Part shown: one piece after another, positions 14,697 to 26,724 of the stretch
Layout: each line of letters starts with the position of its first letter
Numbering within the stretch: position 1 is the stretch's first letter
Origin: Tubulanus polymorphus
Taxonomy: Eukaryota; Animalia; Nemertea
DNA length: 64,000 bases
Assembly (NCBI RefSeq): GCF_964204645.1
Contig: NW_027437449.1
Location: 42,762-106,761, forward strand
Direction: 5' to 3'
Position numbers and translations under genes: made by a program
The notes under the pieces: generated by a model
Databases searched by the model: none
The model's input: the letters and a program-made list of their open reading frames with translations, nothing else
Told to the model about the DNA's origin: nothing

Positions 14697-15290
14697 TAGC
14701 TGTCGGACAGCACACTGGCTAGCTGTCGGACAGCACACTGGCTAGCTGTCGGACAGAACACTGGCTAGCTGTGAGACAGCACACTGGCTAGCTGTCGGAC
14801 AGCACACTGGCTAGCTGTCGGACAGCATACTGGCTAGCTGTCGGACAGCACACTGGCTAGCTGTCGGACAGCACACTGGCTAGCTGTCGGACAGCACACT
14901 GGCTAGCTGTCGGACAGCACACTGGCTAGCTGTCGAACAGCACACTGGCTAGCTGTCGGACAGCACACTGGCTAGCTGTCGGACAATTCACCAGCTATCA
15001 GCCAGTTCCCTAGCTGTCAGCCAGTTCCCAAGCTGTCAGCCAGTTCCCTAGCTATCAGACAGTTCACCAGCTATCACACAGTTCACTAGCTATCACACAG
15101 TTCACTAGCTGTCAGACAGTTCACTAGCTGTCAGACAGCACTATGGCTAGCTGTCGGACAGTTCACTAGCTGTCAGACAGTTCACTAGCTATCAGACAGT
15201 TCCCTAGCTATCACACAGTTCACTAGCTGTCACACAGTTCACTACCTGTCACACAGTTCACTACCTGTCACACAGTTCACAACTGTGTCA
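14697..15290. repeat. Minisatellite: 23-bp unit (ctagctgtcggacagcacactgg) x~12 grading into related 19-bp units
   Basis: Direct tandem periodicity. Confidence 0.92.
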
Positions 15291-15654
15291 GCAAAAGACA
15301 GACTTATGTTAGATGTTGCAACGAGAAAACTTGTATCTTCTAAATCACTGAATACTGTTTTAACCTGCCGGAGGAAGGGGTGCATACTCGACAGTCTTAC
15401 ATTGGAATGAATGTAATTAGGATCAGTTTTTTCTTTCATGGATTTTAATGTAAAAAATAAATGATTCTAAAAGTTGATTTCATTAACATTCATTACGCAG
15501 GAAGGGAAGCTGCTTTGTTAAAGTCAGGCATAAACGTGTGACTCAGTCGCACGTCTCACAACTTTACACCAGTTTTATATACGAGATTACATTTTAACTC
15601 GAGTCACATCATTCTGTACTGAACTGAACTCCGATGATTAAAATCTATAATTAC

Positions 15655-15707
15655 CGAGATTCTCAGCAGGTCTATCGACGGTTTGCTCCTCGTCATAGTA
15701 ACGTTTA
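15655..15707 (-). other. Third, shortened (53 bp, frame-breaking) paralog of the duplicated exon; UTR exon or decayed
   Basis: Same splice sites and flanks as 13849-13986. Confidence 0.5.
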
Positions 15708-15923
15708 CTGAAAAACAGAATTTAGAATTCAGTCATTTTATCTCAATAAGTGCAGCACATTTTTTCTGACCTAATTGTTGTGTCCAGTATTTACACAATA
15801 TTACACAATTTAGGGTTAGACTTTTTTGTTACATAATATGAATTTGTATAGCAATATAAAGTTCCATCAAAAACGATAAAAGTCTGAAATCTGTATATTG
15901 TGAATTTTGTATTAGTTTCAGCC

Positions 15924-18501
15924 CAAACTGTCGTTAGTTGTGTTCTAGTTGTGTCTGTCACGCGATTTCTAGTGGTAAATAGCGAATATCAAACTGTCGT
16001 TAGTTGTGTTCTAGTTGTGTCTACCACGCGATTTCTAGTGGTAAATAGCGGATATCAAACTGTCGTTAGTTGTGTTCTAGTTGTGTCTACCACGCGATTT
16101 CTAGTGGTAAATAGCGGATATCAAACTGTCGTTAGTTGTGTTCTAGTTGTGTCTGCCACGCGATTTCTAGTGGTAAATAGCGGATATCAAACTGTCGTTA
16201 GTTGTGTTCTAGTTGTGTCTACCACGCGATTTCTAGTGGTAAATAGCGGATATCAAACTGTCGTTAGTTGTGTTCTAGTTGTGTCTGACACGCGATTTCT
16301 AGTGGTAAATAGCGGATATCAAACTGTCGTTAGTTGTGTTCTAGTTGTGTCTACCACGCGATTTCTAGTGGTAAATAGCGGATATCAAACTGTCGTTAGT
16401 TGTGTTCTAGTTGTGTCTACCACGCGATTTCTAGTGGTAAATAGCGGATATCAAACTGTCGTTAGTTGTGTTCTAGTTGTGTCTGACACGCGATTTCTAG
16501 TGGTAAATAGCGGATATCAAACTGTCGTTAGTTGTGTTCTAGTTGTGTCTGACACGCGATTTCTAGTGGTAAATAGCGGATATCAAACAGTCGTTAGTTG
16601 TGTTCTAGTTGTGTCTACCACGCGATTTCTAGTGGTAAATAGCGGATATCAAACTGTCGTTAGTTGTGTTCTAGTTGTGTCTGCCACGCGATTTCTAGTG
16701 GTAAATAGCGGATATCAAACTGTCGTTAGTTGTGTTCTAGTTGTGTCTGCCACGCGATTTCTAGTGGTAAATAGCGGATATCAAACTGTCGTTAGTTGTG
16801 TTCTAGTTGTGTCTACCACGCGATTTCTAGTGGTAAATAGCGGATATCAAACTGTCGTTAGTTGTGTTCTAGTTGTGTCTGCAACGCGATTTCTAGTGGT
16901 AAATAGCGGATATCAAACTGTCGTTAGTTGTGTTCTAGTTGTGTCTGACACGCGATTTCTAGTGGTAAATAGCGGATATCAAACTGTCGTTAGTTGTGTT
17001 CTAGTTGTGTCTACCACGCGATTTCTAGTGGTAAATAGCGGATATCAAACTGTCGTTAGTTGTGTTCTAGTTGTGTCTACCACGCGATTTCTAGTGGTAA
17101 ATAGCGGATATCAAACTGTCGTTAGTTGTGTTCTAGTTGTGTCTACCACGCGATTTCTAGTGGTAAATAGCGGATATCAAACTGTCGTTAATTGTGTTCT
17201 AGTTGTGTCTGACACGCGATTTCTAGTGGTAAATAGCGGATATCAAACTGTCGTTAGTTGTGTTCTAGTTGTGTCTACCACGCGATTTCTAGTGGTAAAT
17301 AGCGGATATCAAACTGTCGTTAGTTGTGTTCTAGTTGTGTCTGCCACGCGATTTCTAGTGGTAAATAGCGGATATCAAACTGTCGTTAGTTGTGTTCTAG
17401 TTGTGTCTGCCACGCGATTTCTAGTGGTAAATAGCGGATATCAAACTGTCGTTAGTTGTGTTCTAGTTGTGTCTGCCACGCGATTTCTAGTGGTAAATAG
17501 CGGATATCAAACTGTCGTTAGTTGTGTTCTAGTTGTGTCTGCCACGCGATTTCTAGTGGTAAATAGCGGATATCAAACTGTCGTTAGTTGTGTTCTAGTT
17601 GTGTCTGCCACGCGATTTCTAGTGGTAAATAGCGGATATCAAACTGTCGTTAGTTGTGTTCTAGTTGTGTCTACCACGCGATTTCTAGTGGTAAATAGCG
17701 GATATCAAACTGTCGTTAGTTGTGTTCTAGTTGTGTCTGCCACGCGATTTCTAGTGGTAAATAGCGGATATCAAACTGTCGTTAGTTGTGTTCTAGTTGT
17801 GTCTACCACGCGATTTCTAGTGGTAAATAGCGGATATCAAACTGTCGTTAATTGTGTTCTAGTTGTGTCTGACACGCGATTTCTAGTGGTAAATAGCGGA
17901 TATCAAACTGTCGTTAGTTGTGTTCTAGTTGTGTCTGCCACGCGATTTCTAGTGGTAAATAGCGGATATCAAACTGTCGTTAGTTGTGTTCTAGTTGTGT
18001 CTACCACGCGATTTCTAGTGGTAAATAGCGGATATCAAACAGTCGTTAGTTGTGTTCTAGTTGTGTCTACCACGCGATTTCTAGTGGTAAATAGCGGATA
18101 TCAAACTGTCGTTAGTTGTGTTCTAGTTGTGTCTGACACGCGATTTCTAGTGGTAAATAGCGGATATCAAACTGTCGTTAGTTGTGTTCTAGTTGTGTCT
18201 ACCACGCGATTTCTAGTGGTAAATAGCGGATATCAAACTGTCGTTAGTTGTGTTCTAGTTTTTTCTACCACGCGATTTCTAGTAGTAAATAGCGGATATC
18301 AAACTGTCGTTAGTTGTGTTCTAGTTGTGTCTGACACGCGATTTCTAGTGGTAAATAGCGGATATCAAACTGTCGTTAGTTGTGTTCTAGTTGTGTCTAC
18401 CACGCGATTTCTAGTGGTAAATAGCGGATATCAAACTGTCGTTAGTTGTGTTCTAGTTGTGTCTACCACGCGATTTCTAGTGGTAAATAGCGGATATCAA
18501 A
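15924..18501. repeat. 66-bp minisatellite, ~39 copies
   Basis: caaactgtcgttagttgtgttctagttgtgtctNNNacgcgatttctagtggtaaatagcggatat, highly homogeneous. Confidence 0.97.
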
Positions 18502-21500
18502 CAAGACGCAGGTCTTTGTTTTTACCTGATTCTCCCTGATGTCTCATTCTGTGTGTATTTTTATAAAAACTACTCCCTTCCCCTAATCAGAATCACGTTC
18601 TGTTCAAACACAATTCCCGAAAATGACTACAATATTTAAAACAACGTACCTCTTGGTTTGTGACAAAACTGTATGAAAAATGTCCGTAGAAACTACTGCG
18701 CATTGGGTAAAACACTGAACTGCGATCAAATTGAGATTTCACCGACCAATATTTCACCGCACTCCCGTCACGTGATATATCGTATTTTTAGATATGAGGT
18801 AATAATCGTCACGTGTCCTGTGAACCCCGTACATTACCTGACATTACGTCGTTCGATTAGAATAAGACACTGATTATTTTTAGACCCCGTAGAAAACCGC
18901 TGTCGTTTCGGGCCACACGATTGGTCGTAACATTAAGAAATATTTGTGTAATCAACTAGATTTCAGCGTCCAATGAAATCAATTTTTAGGTCCTGAAAAC
19001 AACAATCTCAAAGAAATTGTTCCGAGTAAGAGTTCAATTTCAAGTCACGGCCGAGGGTATATAGTTTGAGAGTCTTGTGACAAAGGCATCATGTGTTATT
19101 TGAGTATATTTTAAGTGACCACATTTCACTCAGACTCCAGATCGACTTTGATAAACAAAGCTTTGAAGATGTCCGATCAAATAAACCTAAAATAATATCG
19201 TAAGTTATCAATGTATCTAGATTCAGATGGCGCTGTATAAAATACTAGTAATTAAAAGTGAATAAAATCACGGGTTTTCTGTTTATTCGAACTCCTTGTG
19301 ATTTGAGGCAGTATTTTCATTGGTTGAGATTTGAACCTGTGTTTGATGTTTGCGCGGTTGGTCTTGTAAATAAATAAACTGATATTATTGAAAAGTTCTC
19401 ATGTTCTTGTTCAGGATTGAGATTCTATGGAGATATTACTGTTTCACTAAACAGTCACATATGAATTTTAAGAACCGTGGAATTCGGTCCAGATTAGATA
19501 TAAACTTTGTATAAAGGTTTTTTTAAATTTTAAAGTTCAATCTGTGATCAATGCAAAGCTTATATCACCTCTTTAAAATCGAGACGTTGCTTGTGACATA
19601 AAAATGATAAAGTTCTATGCATTCTGATAAGAGTATTTGACTCATTGAGCTGAACGACAGATTTCAGTAAACAATTGAATTGACCTGATTGTACTTTTTA
19701 ATGGTTTCATATATAATTTTGTCGCTCATTCTAAGGAATATATATGTTAAACAATAAATTCAGCTAATGACCATCTGTACTATACATAATCAGGACTCAA
19801 ACAGGACCTAGCGCCTGATGTAGGTTCAGACATACACATTTTTGGTTAAGTTAACATTTTTAGAATTTTGATTTCAATCCATAAACATGCTGAACAGATT
19901 TAAGAGTCTTTAAATCAGCTGGTATATACTGGTCTATTATAACTGCTTTTTATTGTGTTAAATATCATCCTCGCTTGCCAGGGTTTGATTGCGAGGACGG
20001 TTAAATATATGATATTGAAATGATGCGCATACGACCAAGAGAATTCGAATGTTGAGACCTCTGTTGCCCGGTACAGATGCAGCAACTATTGATGTCTCGG
20101 TTATAGTTTGCACGTAATTTAGGCCCTAGATTTTCTTGTTGTATTAAGTCTAACATGTCTCACTTAAACCAATAAGTTTTTATGTGGAACCTGGGCCATT
20201 TTAACCTAACCAACGTTTGATTCTGATGGTTCGGTTAGATACGTGTTCATTGATGACAGGTGCGTCAACATATATCACATGTACATGTCACATGATAAAA
20301 ACCACTCGCAGTGAAAAGACTGATATTTTTGCTAATTTTAAGAATTGTATAAAATGCGTCTCATTAATCGATGTTTTCGATTTAGGGCCAAACTATTGTC
20401 GGAAGATTTAAAGCCTAGCTAAAGATGAATTAAACTTCTTTCAGCTGTTTTAATAGCAGCTTTGCGAAATTCCGCCGGTAGCATTTTATTTTAGTGCAAA
20501 GCCATTGCAACAGACGGGCTGAAATAAACACCATCAGAAATTGTCACCTTTCTGCCTTCAACCAGCCCTGGCAGTGGTTGTCTCCACAGGATCATCCTAG
20601 TGTACCCAACTGCCCAGACACCTCAAATTCGCGTGACTTTGACACCGACCACATTTCAAGCGGCTTTTTTATCTGTGTTTAAACTGCGATATCTCAGCTC
20701 ATAAACAACTCATTTTGATAACTTTCTACACTGACCTTAAGACGTTTTACGTTTATATCTTTTTGACGATTGAATTTAATTACGGTCACCAGTCACCAGT
20801 TTGAACCGGTTGTTTTCACAGTACGTGATATTTTCCATGAATTCCTTTCATCAATTTATAACCATTTTTATATCTTTATTTCTTGAAGAAAAGCTGTTAC
20901 TATTGGTCAAACAATATCAGTCACATGATTGACCTATTTCTGTACGTTATAGCATTGTTTATCGGTGTCCCGGAAAAAAATGTCCCATTTTTGTAAGGTA
21001 GGAAAACATGTCCCGGTCTATCATTACTAACTTTTTAATTTAGTCAATTTCACATCAAAATAACACCAGAGAACAAACTTGGCAATACATTTTGATTACA
21101 TTTTTAACATCTAACAAAGAATGGCTCTACTTTGATTTGATTAATTTGTATGTAAAATCCTCTTAAGTTTGACGTATTTATTTAAGTAACAGTGCTTTTA
21201 CTTAATAACTTTTCATAATGTTCTCCATTAATAATATATTATTTAGCAACTGCGCATTCATTCAATTCGATTGTAAAACCTTCTTAAATTTGACGTATCA
21301 TGATAATGTTAATATACACAATGAATTCTCATGTTCACTTGATAAAACTCGTTCCAAATGTGTGTCGTTAAAAAAGAATTCATACAATCTTATAAAGCGT
21401 TGACGCGGCCTGTAAAGGGAGATAAGCCTCATTCACTTTCCTAACATGTACGCCTATATATAATCTATACTTTCATATTTGCACTGAGTTTGTTTTTTTA

Positions 21501-22354
21501 TTACTTACACAATATCAATTTCCATATGAAATGAACATTGCCAATCTTATTCCAACACTGATCGCTTATTAGAATTCAATGGTTTAGTCATCATTATGAT
21601 TTCACATGATGATTGTCCCGACTAAGACTTTACTCTCACAAGGTTTGACGACTTAAAAAATAATCTCCTCTCTTCGCTTTTGTATAAAGGCGAGTATTTC
21701 TTATAACGATTTTTTAAGGTGCTAATATATTTTCAATGCGGTTTATTTTTTATAGCGGAATTATTTTCACTTGTGAATATATTTTGATGGAAATCTATTT
21801 TTTTCAAAACGAAATAGTTTTTTGTGAAGAAATATTTTAATTGCCCTTATTATCAGCCACCATGGTATGATATTTGATGATGACTGATATTTCCTTTAAC
21901 GAGTCAAAATACCATATATAGTTGATGGATAGATTTTTATGCCAAATGTGATTAAATTGCATCTCACAGACTAAAAAATTTAAAATAAAAAAACCGACCC
22001 CCTTATTGAGCTATGGCATATATAACAGAGATCTTAAGATTTGTGAAATGATATGAATCAGTTGTAGCTCACAATATCCGTGATAAAACGATAAGTGTAA
22101 AATCAAACCCACATAAATGAATCTTTTTTTCTTAATATTGTTCTATTATTTATTTATTTATTAATGTGGCATACACATATAATTAGATTAACATATAACA
22201 TATAAATTGGTGCCCAGCCCAAAAAGTCACAATTGTATTTTCAATGCTATATATAAGCTACAAGTCATAAGAAACGTATGAGAGATTTAGAAAATAACCT
22301 AGATCAAACACAGCTATGGCCAAAATAATTGATAGCTAAAAAGATTTTAAAAAT

Positions 22355-22502
22355 TATTAGAAATATTTCGGGTGGTTCCTAAGTCTAAAAATGGAAAAAA
22401 ATAGTAGATAAAAACAGCCACTTGTCTATGGAAAACCAACATTGGAAAAAAATGTTTAGACCGGGAAAGGGTGGTAGCAACCACCCGAAATATTTCTAAT
22501 AT
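22355..22502. repeat. Inverted repeat (MITE-like)
   Basis: tattagaaatatttcgggtggtt ... aaccacccgaaatatttctaata. Confidence 0.7.
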
Positions 22503-23359
22503 TTTAAATAAACATTTATAGCTCTCAACTCATTTATTGTTGTATTTAAGTGTCTCATATGGTCAAATTTTTGACGAGTGAAATAAACCAATTCGTTTAG
22601 CCTATATGACTTCTCTTCCGGCGGAAAAAAGAATTATTAACCGTATTCGTGCTAAACAAAACCAAAACAAAAAAATAGGAAAAGCATTGACGAAAAGTAA
22701 TTAAGAGATATAGTGTATTTTATTAAAAGAAATAGTGTAATTGATATTTAAAAAAATCAATCTTTAATATATCTGAATTGTATGAATCTTCGGTGGGCTC
22801 ATTTAACATGAATTCAAAAAGGTATTTAATCTATAATATTGGCGTCTGATCTTTTCAATTTCTAATTGTTTTTTTCAGAAATCATTCGAATTGGAATCGC
22901 ATTCAGGATAAAACGTTTCTGAAACTGAAGGGTTTAAATTGACTTTAAGGATCCTCGCTGAATTCATACATACACACACACACATGAGTCGCAGAATCTG
23001 TAAGGTAGGAATAAATATTGATCGCTGAAATCATATAAACTGCGCCCGATATTAGAATTCCTGAAATAAACCACGTGATATACTCCGAGATTTTCGAAGA
23101 TTCTGATATTTCTTACTCTACCTGATGTGGGCTTTCATACCGAACATATTTTTACGAGTCGATTGTGACCCTTAGCCTAATTCTGTCTCTGTATCAGTTA
23201 AATACATCAATATTGTCAAAATAGAACAAATTCAGCTGGTAAATTTTGATAGCGTTGATAGAAGAGAAAGGCTTTAATTCATTACTGGCGGCGGCAATTT
23301 AGATCAGGTCTGATTAGAAACTGTTGTAATCAGGGAATAATAGCGGGTAGTCAGCGAAG

Positions 23360-23775
23360 AGTCACCACATCTGACTGGTCACTGGTCACCACACCTGACT
23401 GGTCACTGGTCACCACACCTGACTGGTCGCCGGTCGCCACACCTGACTGGTCGCCGGTCACCACATCTGACTGGTCACTGGTCACCACAACCTGATTGGT
23501 CACTGGTCACCACAACCTGATTGGTCACCAGTCACCACAACCTGACTGGTCACTGGTCACCACACCTGACTGGTCACTGGTCACCACAACCTGATTGGTC
23601 ACTGGTCACCACACCTGACTGGTCACTGGTCACCGCACCTGACTGGTCACTGGTCACCACACCTGACTGGTCACTGGTCACCACATCTGACTGGTCGCCA
23701 GTCACCACAACCTGATTGATCATTACATTTGACTGATTGGTTCACTGGTCACCACACCTGACTGGTCACTGGTTA
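23360..23775. repeat. 24-bp minisatellite (gtcaccacacctgactggtcactg), ~17 copies
   Basis: Tandem periodicity, expanded relative to the paralog at ~2800. Confidence 0.9.
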
Positions 23776-23814
23776 ACACAATGACCAGACAAACTTACAG
23801 TCCGCGTTTATCGT

Positions 23815-23919
23815 TACCAGTGTATGGTCTAGTGGTTAACACGTTCGTCTGGCATGCTGTTGGTCGCAGGTTCGAGTCCCTCTAGGGTTAGGGTTACGGC
23901 CGATCTAGGGTTAGGGTTG
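23815..23919 (+). mobile_element. Degenerate tRNA-like head followed by interstitial telomeric repeats
   Basis: A-box TGGTCTAGTGG, B-box GGTTCGAGTCC, then ctagggttagggtt twice. Confidence 0.55.
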
Positions 23920-26415
23920 GCGAGCCAGGTCTAGTGTTGTTGCCTATTGTTTGGGCTTATTTTGCCGACTATTTTGCCTTTGTTTGGGGCTATTTCATGA
24001 TTCCTGTCGTCTCCTAAATGCCATTTTGGTGGAAAAGGGGTAATTAATTATTGGCGGCAATGGGGCCTTGATTAGAAATTGTTGTTATCAGGAAAATGAT
24101 AGCTTTTCGACAGATTACAGACCAGATAAAACAGAAAACAGAAGTAGACCGTATGACGTAAACATAAAGCGATTGAAATATTCACTTAAGGTTTTATTTA
24201 TTACAAAAAATCCTCGAGTTGATTTTGTACGTTACAATTAAGTTGTTCAATTAAACATTATTAAAGAAAATGATGGTTGGGTTTATAATTTTCAATATAA
24301 ATGGTGGAACTTACTTTTTAGAATATTTGATAATCGATGCTTTAAAAAATACTAATAGAAAAGGAGAAATGGAAGATGAAATGAAATAATTTTCAGATTG
24401 ACTAGAGAGATTGAGATCTTCTGGTGTTCTACATCTTATGTTTAAAATACACGTATTTATTATAATGGTACCTGGTTTATCGTGGGCTGATTATATGTAC
24501 AGTCCGTCTGATATTCAAAAGGTTAACTAAATCTGATAAACATGTAGTCCAAAACCTGGGCCCTATAAGTGTCACTTTCGTAATCTTAATTTGCTCTAAC
24601 TGACATTGAATCACATAACTACGTGATAGGGGGAAATGTTCGTATTTTCAAAGCGTGGATTTCCGAACATCATCTACGGTGAATCAAACAGTGAATCGGT
24701 CGATACCGTATACAACTAGTGAAGATGGAGAAATTCAAATTTGATCAGTGTCATTAATTCAAGTCAATTACAGATAATACAGTCGTCTGTCAACAAAACG
24801 GTTACTATTATCAGTCACCAGCTGTCCTTGTACAACAACGCGCGTCACACATATAGACAATACAGATGTTTATTACTGTAGAAATTGTTTTTTAATTTCG
24901 AGGTTTTACTTGAAAAAGCCGCCATCTTGATTTTGATCTTTTAAAGGACATTTGACATTTAAAATGTAGTTTTAGATTTAAATAGCTATATCAGGAATAA
25001 AACACGTTATTGATAGTTTATATCATTATGATGATATTTATGTAAAGAAGACAGGTTCTGTTACGGGTGATGAAGCTCTGCAGTTTTACACCCGGAGACG
25101 GTTTAGGACGGCGTCCAGAATAGACTGAACGTGCTCCAGAGTGTGGAAGGTTTTTGTATTGTATCGAGTTTGCCGGGTTTTGCCGGTCATTTTGTACGTA
25201 AACATCGACCATGATTTGTGGAACTCGACGTATTGTATTCTAGCGATCAGAATTAGGCGCAACAACAAAATGGCAAAAAAGCTTTTGATTTCTAGTATTT
25301 TTCAGCATTTTATTGTTTACTGGAGAAGTTACTCCAGATTTTTGGTCGGATTTCTATGAACTCGCTCTGCCCTTTAAGTTTATATTGTAAGCGTTCATTG
25401 GCAGACCTCGATCTGCGGGTCCTACAGAACTAGCCCTCCTCAGTGTGGAGTATGTCCCATTCAACATGGCGGACGAATCAATCGAGGATTTTCACTTGAA
25501 ATATTCAGAAACTTCTCTTTCAACGCAGAAGCGACAGAATGTCTTCAAACCATTTCAACATTGAAATACAGTAAGTAAATTTACTTATGAATCGAATACT
25601 TGTGATGTATGAAGGTGATTCGAGATGGAGAGTGACATAAAACAATCCGGTTTAACCCCACGAGCTTGAAGTTTACCTTGAAGTTCTGGACCATATTCAA
25701 ACTAACGTTAAGTTCAGTAGAGCAGTAGCGTGAGGGTGGCGTACGTGGATAGTGGATTTGTGACTTCGTCATTCAAGAAACAATTAAATGTGATACATAT
25801 CAAGTGTGGATCGAGATCTAATTACTATCGATACTGATGGAGTATTTGACCCTGGATTTAGGATTTTTATGTTTATTTCAGGGTGATGCTCTACCAAAAA
25901 ACTGCATTCATCAGGAATTCAAATTCCGAATTTCGTGGTATTTCCCGCAACCATATATTCGGAGCGGCATGTAAAGTCTACCGCGGGCACTACCGTGAAC
26001 TCTTTAGTTGGTGCCTTCAGAGCGGCATGTTAGGTCTACTGCGGGCACTACCGTGAACTCTTTAGTTGGTGCCCGGAGCGCTCTTGCCACTGAGTCCTAG
26101 TCGACCTCGATCTGCGCGGACTACAGAACTAGCCCTCCCAAGTGAAGTATGTCCCATTTAAGAATGATGGCGGACGAATCAATGCTCACTTGAAATATTT
26201 AGAAGCTTCTCTTTCAACCAAGATGCGTCAGAATGTCTTCAAACCATTTCAACATTGAAATACAGTAAGTAAATTTACTCATGCATCGAATACTTGTGAT
26301 GTATGAAGGTGATTCGTGATGGAGAGCGACATAAAACACTCCGGTTTAACCCCACGAGCAGCAGCAGCAATCTCTATTCACTGATGCGTGCTGTAAAACC
26401 ATCATCATTCAGTAA

Positions 26416-26724
26416 TAATAATAATATTAATATGTGTCTTATATAGTGCTAAATCCAGCCAAGCTGCTCAGAGCGCTTTACATTTTTCGGTATTATTACC
26501 CCGGCCAATTTTAATACTCTAACATGTATCAGTCATCTCTCCCTTTTGAGAAGTAACACCGAGCTGCTAACAAGCGCTCAGGAGTCATCTATCAGGCCAG
26601 GTACCCATTTACTCCTTGGTGGAGAGAGGCAATGAGGATAAGTGTCTTGCCCGAGGACACAACGGGGATCGAACCCACGACCTGGCTTCCCAGAGCTGAA
26701 CGCTCTAACCACTAGCCCTCACCG
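26416..26724 (-). mobile_element. tRNA-derived SINE with (TAT)n tail and CAGTAA target-site duplication; further copies at 35719-36027, 44958-45220 (truncated), 48639-48947 and 51140-51448
   Basis: Minus strand: tagtggttagagcg A-box, ggttcgatccc B-box, central 'gggcaagacactt...ctctccacc...gtaaatgggtacc' block, tail 'gcactatataagacacatattaatattattattatt'. Empty sites at ~33470 and ~53312. Confidence 0.85.

Noticed and set aside
15924-18501. CRISPR-like array
   Set aside because: No unique spacers, no cas genes, eukaryotic context
15900-18539. 879-aa repetitive ORF
   Set aside because: By-product of a stop-free frame in a 66-bp minisatellite; non-ATG start; the opposite strand is closed in all frames
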